The notes below the pieces were generated by a model. The model ran no database searches and was not told the origin of the DNA. It was given only the letters and a program-made list of their open reading frames with translations. Position numbers and translations under genes: made by a program. A stretch of DNA of 64,000 nt from Acidobacteriota bacterium (GTDB lineage: Bacteria; Acidobacteriota; UBA6911; RPQK01; JAJDTT01), in assembly GCA_965263035.1 (NCBI GenBank), contig OZ253580.1, positions 1,248,001 through 1,312,000 on the forward strand, given 5' to 3'. This document shows, in pieces, positions 49,873-60,013 of the stretch (positions are counted from its first letter, which is position 1; the number at the start of each line of letters is the position of its first letter).

Positions 49873-50355
49873 TCAGTCCGAAACTTTGAGCTCCGCCGTC
49901 AACCTCCTGTTGCCCCAGTCCGCCCTGAGTATGACCGCTCCGGTGTCATGGCCGTACCTGCTGCGGAGGAGGTAGATGGTGAACGTCTCCACGCTGTCGT
50001 CGACGACTTCCGTCTTGAGGGGAACCACCGCCTCGTCTCCATTCAAGAGCAACTCCCATTGGTCGGCGCCCACGCACTTGGCCTGCAACTTGTAATCGCC
50101 TGCGGGAATCGAGACCCCGCCGGACACGAGATTCGCTTCCGTCTTCATGGTCGTGGGCGCGTTCATGCCCAGGCGCCAGATCAATCCCGATCCGGCCTTG
50201 CCCAGCATGTCGCGGCCCCGCAGCGAGGGACGTCCGTATTCGATGGAGACCTTCTTCCCTTTCAAGGTCACCTCGGCGGTTCCGCGGAGATCCTGCTGGG
50301 CCTCCAACGAGAACTGAGTCAATAGAACTGCTACAACGACCAGAGCTTTCTTCAT
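49873..50355 (-). CDS. DUF2911-family secreted protein
   Basis: Signal peptide, IEYGRPSLRGR, WRLGMN, IPAGDY. Confidence 0.78.
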   Translation of the reverse strand: MKKALVVVAVLLTQFSLEAQQDLRGTAEVTLKGKKVSIEYGRPSLRGRDMLGKAGSGLIWRLGMNAPTTMKTEANLVSGGVSIPAGDYKLQAKCVGADQWELLLNGDEAVVPLKTEVVDDSVETFTIYLLRSRYGHDTGAVILRADWGNRRLTAELKVSD

Positions 50356-50570
50356 GAATCTTCTCCTCGATCAATTCCTTGATGGAAAGTGTGAACTCGA
50401 CCCGACCGCCGGCGAACCCGGCAGGACGCGACACGCGCAGAATCACACAACATTTTTGACTTGGCGTCAATTCGAGCCGGCAGCATCGTCGACCTGACCG
50501 GTACCACCGTTGACGGACGAAAACCCGGCAGCCTACACTTGACCAAGGTTGACCAACTTCGGAGCTGGAC

Positions 50571-50816
50571 ATGGCTGAAACGGTCTACAATCTCTACGAA
50601 GCCAAATCGTCTCTCTCTCGTCTCGTTGATCGGGCTGCTGGAGGAGAGGAGATCATCATCGCCAAGTCTGGAAAACCCTTGGCGCGTCTGGTTCCCCTGC
50701 GACAAAGAGTCGCCCGGCGCAAGCCTGGGGGATGGGAAGGCCGTGTTTACATCTCGGAAGACTTTGACGAGCCACTGCCGCCGGAGATCCTATCGGCTTT
50801 CGAAGGACGGGGGTAA
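50571..50816 (+). CDS. Phd/YefM antitoxin
   Basis: NLYEAKSSLSRLVDRAAGGEEIIIAKSGKPLARLVP...DFDEPLP. TTGACCAA direct repeats upstream (50539, 50549). Confidence 0.88.
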   Translation: MAETVYNLYEAKSSLSRLVDRAAGGEEIIIAKSGKPLARLVPLRQRVARRKPGGWEGRVYISEDFDEPLPPEILSAFEGRG

Positions 50817-50818
50817 AC

Positions 50819-51190
50819 TTGCTGCTACTGGATACCCATGTCTTCCTGTGGTGGCGAAGCCAGCCCTCCAAGATATCCCCAGACGTAACCAGGGCGATTG
50901 CGGCCGCGGAAGTCGTCTTCGTCAGCACAGCCTCGGCCTGGGAAGCTTCGATCAAAGCTGCCCTGGGGAAGCTGAGGCTCCCTGAGAGTTTCGAGTCGGG
51001 AGTTGCCAATAGCGGCTTCCAACAGTTGCCGATTGGCTTTGGCCACGCCGGCCGGGTTTCAGACCTGCCTCCTCATCACCAGGATCCCTTCGATCGCATG
51101 CTGATTGCCCAGGCACAATCGGAGGGCTTGACCCTGGTCAGCCACGATCGACGGCTGGCACCCTACGACGTGCCCATCCTCTGGGTTTGA
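50819..51190 (+). CDS. vapC: VapC PIN toxin
   Basis: LLLDTHVFLWW, SAWE, HHQDPFDRMLIAQA. Confidence 0.9.
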   Translation: MLLLDTHVFLWWRSQPSKISPDVTRAIAAAEVVFVSTASAWEASIKAALGKLRLPESFESGVANSGFQQLPIGFGHAGRVSDLPPHHQDPFDRMLIAQAQSEGLTLVSHDRRLAPYDVPILWV

Positions 51191-51386
51191 TCCCTGGTCC
51201 TGGAACAGCTCTCCGGACCTGGCAGAAATGGACTGTCCCCTTTTCGCCGTCCCCTCTTTGCATCAACGGATAGGCGGGTCACTTGAACGGGTATGCAGGA
51301 GGACCGGGGAGTCTTCTCAAGACAAGTGGACTCAGCCCTGATGAACCGTTGGGTCGAGATCGGAGGTTCCAGAAGGAGGGTGCAAA

Positions 51387-52169
51387 GTGACCAACGAATC
51401 GCGTGAACGCTTCGACAAAATTGCTGATAACTATGCGACGAGCGAAGTCCACTCCATGAGTCCAACGATCAGGCTTCTTTATCAGCTCGTGAATCTGGAG
51501 ACTGGGGCATCCGTATGTGACATCGCGTGTGGCGCTGGCCACCTGGCACTGTCCTTTGCCACCTGTGCTGGGAGACTCGTAGGAGTTGACCCTGCACCCA
51601 GCATGTTGGATGCCTTTCGGCGATTGGCAGCGGAGCGGGGGATCGAGGTGGAGACTGTCGAGGCGTACGCTGAATCGGTTCCCCTGCGGGGACACCAGTT
51701 CGACTTGGTTGTATCGAGGCTGGCCCCCCACCATTTCGATGATGTGGATCGCGCGGTGGCAGAAATGGTTCGGCTCACGAAGATCGACGGGCGGGTAGCG
51801 ATTATCGATCTCGAAGGACACGAAAACGCTGACATCGACGAGTTTAATCACAAGCTGGAACTTCTTCACGATCCAACACACGTTCGGAGCTACACGGCGG
51901 CGAGGTGGAGATCCATATTCGAGAGCAGTGGGCTGAAGGTGGAAGTGTTGAAGGATAGATTATCGGAGCGACCTCAGGGGCAGACTGTACGCAGGTGGTG
52001 CGAGATAGCATCCTCTGGAACGGAGGCGGAAGCGGAGATCCGAACTAGTCTGCAGAAGGCCCCGAGTTCATTCCTGGAGGCCTTGAACATCAGGCGGAAG
52101 GGGGGAGACTTCCTGTTGCCTATACAGACTGTGTTGATCGTGGGAACCAGGGATGCTGCCCAAAGGTGA
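51387..52169 (+). CDS. Class I SAM-dependent methyltransferase
   Basis: DIACGAGH, AESVP, FDLVVSRLAPHHF, HDPTHVR. Confidence 0.85.
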   Translation: MTNESRERFDKIADNYATSEVHSMSPTIRLLYQLVNLETGASVCDIACGAGHLALSFATCAGRLVGVDPAPSMLDAFRRLAAERGIEVETVEAYAESVPLRGHQFDLVVSRLAPHHFDDVDRAVAEMVRLTKIDGRVAIIDLEGHENADIDEFNHKLELLHDPTHVRSYTAARWRSIFESSGLKVEVLKDRLSERPQGQTVRRWCEIASSGTEAEAEIRTSLQKAPSSFLEALNIRRKGGDFLLPIQTVLIVGTRDAAQR

Positions 52170-52182
52170 GGGGGGGTGCCAG

Positions 52183-52341
52183 GAGCCTGCGCCGCAGAAA
52201 TTGATCTACTGCGAAAGCGGTAGAATCGGTCCATATTTCCCCGATTTCTCGGCGAATAGAACAACTATGCACCTCAAAATCGAGAAAATCTGGCCTCGAT
52301 TCCCCACTTTCTCGCTACGATCATTTCTACCGCGCAGACTC
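52183..52341. mobile_element. MITE family 1, copy 2 (159 bp, inverted)
   Basis: About 5 differences from copy 1; flanks CCAG/CTAG. Confidence 0.85.
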
Positions 52342-52345
52342 CTAG

Positions 52346-52654
52346 AAACCTGTCCGAGAACTCGGTAGTGAGCGACTTTCGTCCGCACCAATGCTCATGG
52401 GCAATGGTCCATGGCTCCGAATATCATCGATTCCCGGCCTCCAACGCCGAGGGCATCGATTTATTGCGCTATTTTCGACTCGGAAGGGGCCGATAGAGGC
52501 CGGTTTTTGGCTTTAAACGTCCTCACCCGCCCCTTTTTCACGCCAGAGCCGCTCGTTTCCCGAACTCCGGACACACCTCTCCGCGCAGAGCCGCAAGAAT
52601 GATTTTCTTGAGGTTGTGCGCCACGCAGACCAATGAGAACTCCCCGGCAACGCG
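52346..52654 (-). pseudogene. IS1182-like transposase 3' remnant plus element end
   Basis: Minus frame reads RVAGEFSLVCVAHNLKKII...stop at 52538-52540. Candidate terminus CCTGTCCGAGAACTC lies next to CTAG. Confidence 0.6.
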
Positions 52655-52718
52655 TCCGGAAAAATGGACTGTCCCCTCTTCGGTCAGCTGGAGTGGGGGG
52701 GCAAGCTTTCAATCGAGA

Positions 52719-54194
52719 TCACAACGTCCAACCGGGACGGTAATCCCGCCTCAGCAGCGCGGTGGCCTCCGGAGAGTTGGTGATCTGCAAGTTGGCGGCG
52801 TCCCAGTCGAGTTTGGCGCCGGTACGGTACGCAAGGCTCCCCAGCATCACCACCTCCGAGATGGGGCCGGAAAAGCCGAAGTGGCAGCTCGTTGGGCTCC
52901 CGGTCTTGCAGGCGGCAATCCACTCGGAGCGATGGCCGACTTCAGCTGATCGCCGCCAAGACGGGTGAGCCTTGTAGGCGGCCATCCACTGAGCACGACG
53001 GCCGATTTCTACACCGATCGACGGAGGGATACTCGGCTCGGGTGGCTCGAAGTCCGCGAACTTTTTCGCCGGCCAGAGCATCCGCTGCCCGTAGCTGACC
53101 AGCAGCATTCCCTCGGTGCCCACGAAGACGCCCCAGGCCCAGTCGGGGAAGGCATTTTCCGCGAAAACCGGCGGCGGTTGACTGCCGTGTGTCCAGGTCA
53201 GGGTGACCGGGGGCATCTCTCCGCGGGCCGGGAATCGGTACCGAGCGTGAAGCTGCCCGGGTGTCGTTTCAGGATGAGGTGGCGGCCCCTCGGCTTCCAC
53301 TGAGATCGGATAGCGGAGATTCAGAGCCCAGAAGGGCAAACTGAGGTAGTGGCAACCCATGTTGCCGAAATTACCAGAGCCGAAATCCCACCACCGGTGC
53401 CAGTTGCCGCCGCAACCGCGGGAATAGGTGGGGTGATAGGGGCGGTAAGGCGCCGGCCCCAGGAAAAGATCCCAGTGAAGCCCTTGGGGGACGGGTGGCG
53501 TCTCTGTCGGGCGGTCATTCGTGCTGCCTGCCGAGCGGAGCCAGATGTGGTATCCCTCCACCGCGCCGATGGCTCCGCCGCGGATCAGCTCGACGACGCG
53601 GCGGTAGTTGTCCGAGGCGTGCATCTGGGTTCCCAATTGTGTTGCCACCTGCTGCTCGGCAGCCACCTTGGCGAGCATGCGGGCCTCGAAGACCGAATTG
53701 GAGCCCGGCTTCTCGCAGTAAACGTGCTTGCCGCGCCGCATCGCCGCAACACTGGCGGGAGCGTGGTTGTGGTTCGGCGTGCTCACCACCACGGCGTCGA
53801 TCTCACGGTCCAACTCGTCGAGCATCCTCCGGTAATCGTTGAATTTCTTCGCTCGCCCATAGCGGGCGAAGGCGTCGCCCGGGGGATTCCTGCGCCCTGG
53901 AGCCGAGGCCGCCGCCGACCGCTCGTCCACGTCGCAGAGAGCCACGATGTTCTCCCCGGTCATCTCCGGCCGTGACGCCGGCTTGACTCTCATGCCCGAC
54001 CCGAATTCCACGTTCTCCCCCGCCATGTGGACGAGGTTCCACGCCCCCATGCCGCCGGCTCCGACAACTGCGATATCGAGCTTTTCGTTGGCAGGGTAGC
54101 CCCAGACCGAACGGCTGTCGCGGAGAATCACCAACCCCGCCGCGGTGCGGCCCGCAGTGCGGAGAAAACTTCGGCGCTTCCACTGGTTCGTCAT
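52719..54194 (-). CDS. Tat-exported Gfo/Idh/MocA oxidoreductase
   Basis: KRRSFL, VGAGGMG, STPNHNH, HVYCEKP, WDLFLGPAP, NMGCH. Confidence 0.9.
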   Translation of the reverse strand: MTNQWKRRSFLRTAGRTAAGLVILRDSRSVWGYPANEKLDIAVVGAGGMGAWNLVHMAGENVEFGSGMRVKPASRPEMTGENIVALCDVDERSAAASAPGRRNPPGDAFARYGRAKKFNDYRRMLDELDREIDAVVVSTPNHNHAPASVAAMRRGKHVYCEKPGSNSVFEARMLAKVAAEQQVATQLGTQMHASDNYRRVVELIRGGAIGAVEGYHIWLRSAGSTNDRPTETPPVPQGLHWDLFLGPAPYRPYHPTYSRGCGGNWHRWWDFGSGNFGNMGCHYLSLPFWALNLRYPISVEAEGPPPHPETTPGQLHARYRFPARGEMPPVTLTWTHGSQPPPVFAENAFPDWAWGVFVGTEGMLLVSYGQRMLWPAKKFADFEPPEPSIPPSIGVEIGRRAQWMAAYKAHPSWRRSAEVGHRSEWIAACKTGSPTSCHFGFSGPISEVVMLGSLAYRTGAKLDWDAANLQITNSPEATALLRRDYRPGWTL

Positions 54195-54394
54195 CGTTCC
54201 TTCTCCATCAGTATCCGGCCATTCCGTGAGAATTGGTTTGGATAAACGGTGAGTGTTGGAAATCCGTCATCGAGGTGGCATGGATTTTGGACAACTCAGC
54301 AATATTGCTCCAACGCCCGAACCTGGGTCAATGGGCTTCCAGTGTTTTACGACTCTACTTGACAGGATCGCCGAGGATCTGCCAGTTCTTCCAC

Positions 54395-55744
54395 GTGCAG
54401 GCCCGGCACCTGACCCTCCTCGTCATCGTGACCGCCGCGTCGGTCGTTGCCTGCACGGTGGAGACCGGCTCCCGGCGGGACCGCCCCAACATCGTCCTGA
54501 TCCTGGCGGACGATCTGGGCTACGAAACCCTGGGCGCCTACGGCGGCCACTCCTACTCGACGCCGATGCTGGACCGCCTGGCCCGTCAGGGGATTCGTTT
54601 CGACCACGCCTATTCCCAGCCGCTCTGCACGAACACCCGCGTGCAGTTGATGACGGGCCGCTTCCAGCACCGCTACTGGCAGGGCTTCGGAATCCTGCCG
54701 AAAGAGGAGAGGACCTTCGGCCATCTGATGCAGGAGGCGGGCTACCGGACGCTGATCTCCGGGAAATGGCAGTTGCACAGCTATGATCCGGCGGACTACC
54801 CCGGGGCGGCGGAGAGACGGGGGACGGGGATGCGAGGCGCCGATTCGGGATTCGACGAGTATCTGCTCTGGCATGCCTGGCATACCGAGGAGAAGGGATC
54901 GCGGTACGCGGATCCCACCTATGACTTCAACGGAAAGCTGGTTCGGGAGCAGACGGGGGCTTACGGGCCGGACCTCTTCGTGGACTGCATCAACGATTTC
55001 GTAGAGCGGAACCGCGACGTTCCTTTCTTTGTCTACTACCCCATGGCGCTACCCCACGGCCCCTTCGTGCCCACTCCGGACAGCTCCCAATGGCAGGAGG
55101 AATCCCGGCGTCACGTATCGGACCCGGCCTACTTTGCCGACATGGTCGCCTACATGGACAAGCTGGTCGGAAGGATTGTGGCCAACCTGGACCGGCTGGG
55201 CCTGCGCCGACGAACTCTGGTCCTGTTCTATGCCGACAACGGCACCCACAGAATGATTTCTTCGCAGCTTGGAAACCGGACGATCCAGGGCGGAAAGGGA
55301 AAGACGACCGATGCCGGAACCCGAGTGCCGATGATTGCCAGCTGGCCCGGCACCGTTCCGGCCGGCGTAGCCTCCCAGGATCTCATCGACTCGGTCGATA
55401 TCTTCCCGACGCTGGCGGAGCTGGCGGGCATCCGGCTCCCGGACCGGAACCTGATCGACGGTGTGAGTTTTACGGATCGTCTGCTGGGCCGGAACGGCTA
55501 TCCCCGCGACTGGATCTTCATGCACTTCGATCCGAGGCCGGGATGGGACAAGGACAAGTACGCGCAACTCACGTTCGTCCGCGATCGGAAATACAAGCTG
55601 TACGGCAACGGAGAGCTCTACGACGTCGAATCCGACGGCCTGGAAGCCAACCCCATTCACGTGCCCCAACGCACCGAGGAGCAACGGCGGATCTCCGAGA
55701 GGTTTCGGACCGTCCTGGAAAGGCTTGAGGGCCGGAAGAAATGA
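54395..55744 (+). CDS. Formylglycine-dependent sulfatase (lipoprotein)
   Basis: PNIVLILADDLG, CTNTR variant motif, GKWQL, ADNG. Start uncertain. Confidence 0.85.
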   Translation: MQARHLTLLVIVTAASVVACTVETGSRRDRPNIVLILADDLGYETLGAYGGHSYSTPMLDRLARQGIRFDHAYSQPLCTNTRVQLMTGRFQHRYWQGFGILPKEERTFGHLMQEAGYRTLISGKWQLHSYDPADYPGAAERRGTGMRGADSGFDEYLLWHAWHTEEKGSRYADPTYDFNGKLVREQTGAYGPDLFVDCINDFVERNRDVPFFVYYPMALPHGPFVPTPDSSQWQEESRRHVSDPAYFADMVAYMDKLVGRIVANLDRLGLRRRTLVLFYADNGTHRMISSQLGNRTIQGGKGKTTDAGTRVPMIASWPGTVPAGVASQDLIDSVDIFPTLAELAGIRLPDRNLIDGVSFTDRLLGRNGYPRDWIFMHFDPRPGWDKDKYAQLTFVRDRKYKLYGNGELYDVESDGLEANPIHVPQRTEEQRRISERFRTVLERLEGRKK

Positions 55745-55851
55745 CCGGGGGTCGCCGATCTGGCTGCGCCTGCGGCCTCGATCCATCGTCCACAGGCGAT
55801 TCCGTAGCCGCTCCAGGCGCCGGGTCCGGGAAGTAAAACCGGCGCGAACCC

Positions 55852-56378
55852 CTACTTGCGACGCTCCCTCCGCACCTCGCTCATGAGCCTGCTCAGTTGT
55901 CGCACGGTCGCCGCACGAGAGAGATCTTCGACCAGATTCACCAATTCCTGCGGATCCTCCCGGTGATCGTAGAGATCCCGGCCCCTCCTGCCGTCGTCCC
56001 ATTCGTTGTAGCGCCAGCGCTCGGTGCGGACGGAGCGTCCCAGTTAGGCCACCTCCCTGACGTGTTCGCCGGGATTGTCGCTCCGCGCCGTCAGGGTGTA
56101 TGCCGCCTCCTTCATTGGCATTTGCGGATCGTCCAGCAGCGAAACCCGGGAAGGATTGCAGATCGGCACCTGACAGTAGGCCCGCTTCAGGCGCAGCCCA
56201 CGAGCCGCCAGCCGATCCAGATGGGGGGGACTGGACGACCGAATGCCCAAACGTCTGCAGGTCGTCGTTCATGTCATCGGTCACGATGAAGAGAACGTTG
56301 GGGCGATCCGGTCCCTCGTTCTTTCGGCCGTCACACGCGGCGAGGAGGAGCAGGCTCATGACAATGACGATTCCGATG
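55852..56378 (-). pseudogene. Sulfatase pseudogene (frameshift, in-frame stop, large internal deletion)
   Basis: [12 protein letters not shown]...SP, then frameshift in the G7 run near 56223, then HLDRLA...CNPSRVSLL fused directly to C-terminal DDP...RSVRTERWRY...LYDHREDP. Confidence 0.8.
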
Positions 56379-56785
56379 GCGTTCCCTCTCGATTCAGTCA
56401 ACGGCCGTCTGGAAACCACGTGCCCATCGGCTGCCGCGTTTCGACCCACCCCTGACATCCCCAAAAGTAACCGGGAAAAGCCGGAACCGCCAGCGATCCG
56501 GAACGCAGCGGAGCAGGATACGAATCCCAGCCGACTCCGCCGGTGACGCACCGCAGCAGAACCGGCAAGCCACCGTTCCCGGAGGGGCCCTCATGGCGGC
56601 CTGACCCTGAACCGAGCCGGCATCCATGCCGCACGCCCACGGGGACAGGCGGCATTTCATGACCCGCCCGCCAGGATCCTGGCCCCGGCGTGGCCCCAGG
56701 GCCGCTACCGGTCTTCGCCACCCAGGCTTGACTCCCCGCAGGGTTTCGATAAAGATTTGTCTTCAAACGCGAGCGGTCCTCTTAA

Positions 56786-56943
56786 CAGTCCGTGGTGAAA
56801 GTCTCGCGAGCACCGAGACCGTTCCTGCGCCCGCCGGACAAGGCGCGATGAGGGAGCATACCGGGAGTATGTGACCGAGTCGCAACGCAGTCCGCCGGGA
56901 TGCAGGGACGGTCGAATGCCGTGACGACTTTTGCCACGGGCTG
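56786..56943. mobile_element. MITE family 2, copy 1 (158 bp)
   Basis: TIR CAGTCCGTGGTGAAAGTC/GACTTTTGCCACGGGCTG, TTAA on both sides. Confidence 0.88.
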
Positions 56944-56986
56944 TTAACCCGGTCCCTGGCTGGCCCGGCGCTGCAGATAAGGCTCG

Positions 56987-57688
56987 ATGAGGCGGCTCTT
57001 GTCATTTTCTGGGATTGCATTCCACATCTTGGCCACCTTTTGTCCGTCCGTGAGGATGGCAAGGGCGGCAACTCCGTTCGCCACCGATCTGTTTGTCGGC
57101 GGGCAGGGTGGCTACCACGCTTATCGAATCCCGGCGATGAGCGTCTCGCCGCAGGGCTCGCTGATCGTCTTCTGCGAGGCTCGCAAGTCGAGCCTGTCGG
57201 ACCACGGGGATATCGACCTGCTCCTGCGGCGTAGCGAAGACGGCGGCAGGACTTGGCTGGCGCCGCGGCTGGTGATCGAGGAAGGCGGAGACGCCCCGAT
57301 CAAGTACGGCAATCCCACGGCAGTCGTCGATCGGGAAACGGGCTCCATCTGGTTGGCAGTCAATCGCGATTACCTCGACCCACGTGGCCGGCGTCAGGGA
57401 GGAAGACCCCTTCTCCTTCGCAGCGACGACGACGGAAACAGTTGGTTGAACCCGATAGACATATACGGCGCAGACGAAAAAACCGGTTGGAAGCATTACG
57501 CATTCGGCCCCGGCATCCGCATTCAACTGCAGCACGGCCGGCACCAAGGCCGGCTCATCCTGCCGGCCAACTATCGAGAGTCATTCGACAAACGGCAACC
57601 AAGTTGGTCCCACGTCATCTTCAGCGACGATCACGGCAGATCATTGAATGCCGTTGCGGCATTGGGAGAAAGACCGGACAGGTACTGA
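56987..57688 (+). pseudogene. Truncated GH33 sialidase-like gene
   Basis: YRIP motif and Asp-boxes SEDGGRTW, SDDDGNSW, SDDHGRS, then an early stop. C-terminal half missing. Confidence 0.72.
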
Positions 57689-57703
57689 AGAAAGGAGACG
57701 CCC

Positions 57704-60013
57704 ATGTTCAGACACCTGCAACGAGTGTTGGCGGCGGCGGCCGTGGTGCTGCCTTCGCTAGCCTCGACGCCTCTGGACCGTCCGCCCCGGCAGGATGAGC
57801 AGACGTTCCTGCTGCTGCATCTGGACGAGCCGGACGAAGGAATAGCGGTCGCCGACAAGGTGCTGGTGGATCCCGTCTACGTGCGGATGGAGGCCCGGCA
57901 CCAGCAGGGACGTTTCGGTGGAGCTCTGAAGTTCGTAGGTCGGCCAGGTCTCCGCCAGTGTCTGTTGGTTTCTCTGCCCCAGCCGCAATATCTGACCCGT
58001 CACACCCGCAAGCGTCCACCCATCCGCTTCGCGGATGTCGAAGTGCCGGTGGTCCTCATGGACAACCAGAGGGGCTACACCATCGAGTTCTGGATGCTTC
58101 CCCAGGCCCGGCAGGCGCAGGTCATGCTGGCGGGGGTCAACTCGGCGACCTGGGTCCCCACATCCTCCTGGAAGGTGGAAATCACCGGGCAAGGGCGGTT
58201 GCGTTTCGCCAGCGGAGCCGGCCTCCACCGTTTTTACATGGAGAGCGAGAAGCCAGTCGCCATCGGCCGCTGGACCCACGTGGCCGTGGTCTGCGACAGG
58301 GGCAACGTGGGCATTTATCTCAACGGCCGCCGGTCCGGTCCGTTTCGGCGGATGGAACTGGCAGAGCGCCAGGGGGTGGGCGAGCCCGGAAGCGACGGCT
58401 CCATCCTGTGTGTCGGCGGTCCCGGGCCGGACGCCCAAACCGGCTTCTTCGACGGCCTGATCGATGAGGTCCGCCTTTCCACGACGCCGCGCCGTTTCGA
58501 GCCCGATCCCGCCATCCTGATCGGCAACGGCAAGGAGCTGTTCCTGGATGATTTTCTGCTGGCTCGAATGGAGGGGATCGAACGGGTCGTGAACCAACCT
58601 GAGCGCTACCCGGGCAACCCGCTGCTGACGGCCAAGGGCGACTGGGAAGCCGGCTCCATGCAACAGTTCGGAACCCTCTATGATCCCCGGCTGCAATTGT
58701 TCCGAACCTGGTACCGGGCCAACAACAGCGAGGACAACCAGATGAGCATGTGCTACGCCGTGAGCCGCGACGGCCTTCGGTGGGAGCAGCCGGTGCTGGG
58801 TCTGGCGGAATATCGAGGCTCGACGCGGAACAACATCGTCACGCCGAAGCGGTCCTTCTTCGTGTTCCTGGACCCTCTGGCCCGACCAGGCGAGGGGAAC
58901 ATCTGCGCCAGCGCGAAGATGCTTTACGGGTCCGACCGGGGGACCTTCAAGCAGATCCTCCTGCGCTCCCCCGACGGACTCCACTGGCCCTGGGGGCCGG
59001 TGCGGAACATGAGCGGCTACCAGGGTTGGCCCTACAGCCGCATCCGCCGCCAGGAAGCCGTCATGGCCACCGACCGGCCGCTCATGCAGAATCCAGTCTA
59101 CTTCGGCCGCCTCGACAAGATGACGGTGATCGCTAACGAGGGCGAGGGGCTGAAGGACCAGGTCTACGCCCGCGTCGGGTGGGACCTGACCCACTGGCAG
59201 GATCCTCTGCTGACGGACCTGAAGAGGAGCGAAAAGAACAATCTGGGCTGGTACGGCATCCGGACCAAGGACGAGTCCAGCGTCCTGGTGGGATTCACCG
59301 ACGCCTACCACAATGAGCAGAATCCGGATCCCCGCTGGAGGAGCCTGGGGCCCGAGGCCTACCATGACAAGCCCAGCGCCTGGCTCGACATTCAGCTCAT
59401 CAGTTCGCGCGACGGCTACCGCTGGCAGCACGTGGCGGACCAGGATGTGTTCCTGCCGGTGGGTCCGGAGGGCGCCTGGGACGAGGGGATGGTGCTGTAC
59501 GCACAGGCCGTCGAGCCTCCGGGATCGGACCGGATCTACCTCTACTACCAGGGCTCGCCCGTCCGCCACGACATGACTGATGCCGGATGGCTCCAGTGGC
59601 ACGCCCGTTCCCAACGACCCTCAAACAACATGGGCGTCGCGTTTCTGAGGAAGGAGGGCTACGTCAGCCTGGAGGTGAAGCCGGATGCGGCCGAAGGCGT
59701 GGTCGAAACCCGGCCGCTCCGATACCGGGGACGGCACCTCTTCGTCAATGCCGACGCCTCGAAGGGCGCGGTCCAGGTGGAACTCTGCGACGAGACGGGG
59801 AATCCCCTGTCCGGGTTCGGACGGAAGCGGGCCCTGCCGTTGACGACGGACCTGACGAACCATCTCATTCGCTGGGGCCAAGAGAGCGACGTCTCGCGGT
59901 TTGCGGGCCAGGCTGTGGTCCTTCGTTTCCACCTGACACCGGGCGCAAAATTGTACGCGTATCGCTTTGGTGGGCCCGACCCCCACCTGGATCTCGAGCG
60001 CCGGGAGCCGTAG
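57704..60013 (+). CDS. Secreted LamG-like + five-bladed beta-propeller protein
   Basis: AAGGAG RBS, YTIEFW, WTHVAVV, FDGLIDEVRLS, then ELFLDD, SRDG repeats, EGYVSL. Confidence 0.75.
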   Translation: MFRHLQRVLAAAAVVLPSLASTPLDRPPRQDEQTFLLLHLDEPDEGIAVADKVLVDPVYVRMEARHQQGRFGGALKFVGRPGLRQCLLVSLPQPQYLTRHTRKRPPIRFADVEVPVVLMDNQRGYTIEFWMLPQARQAQVMLAGVNSATWVPTSSWKVEITGQGRLRFASGAGLHRFYMESEKPVAIGRWTHVAVVCDRGNVGIYLNGRRSGPFRRMELAERQGVGEPGSDGSILCVGGPGPDAQTGFFDGLIDEVRLSTTPRRFEPDPAILIGNGKELFLDDFLLARMEGIERVVNQPERYPGNPLLTAKGDWEAGSMQQFGTLYDPRLQLFRTWYRANNSEDNQMSMCYAVSRDGLRWEQPVLGLAEYRGSTRNNIVTPKRSFFVFLDPLARPGEGNICASAKMLYGSDRGTFKQILLRSPDGLHWPWGPVRNMSGYQGWPYSRIRRQEAVMATDRPLMQNPVYFGRLDKMTVIANEGEGLKDQVYARVGWDLTHWQDPLLTDLKRSEKNNLGWYGIRTKDESSVLVGFTDAYHNEQNPDPRWRSLGPEAYHDKPSAWLDIQLISSRDGYRWQHVADQDVFLPVGPEGAWDEGMVLYAQAVEPPGSDRIYLYYQGSPVRHDMTDAGWLQWHARSQRPSNNMGVAFLRKEGYVSLEVKPDAAEGVVETRPLRYRGRHLFVNADASKGAVQVELCDETGNPLSGFGRKRALPLTTDLTNHLIRWGQESDVSRFAGQAVVLRFHLTPGAKLYAYRFGGPDPHLDLERREP

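Noticed and set aside
56380-56780. GC-rich intergenic stretch as riboswitch or ncRNA
   Set aside because: No conserved riboswitch motif recognised; an Rfam/Infernal search would be needed.
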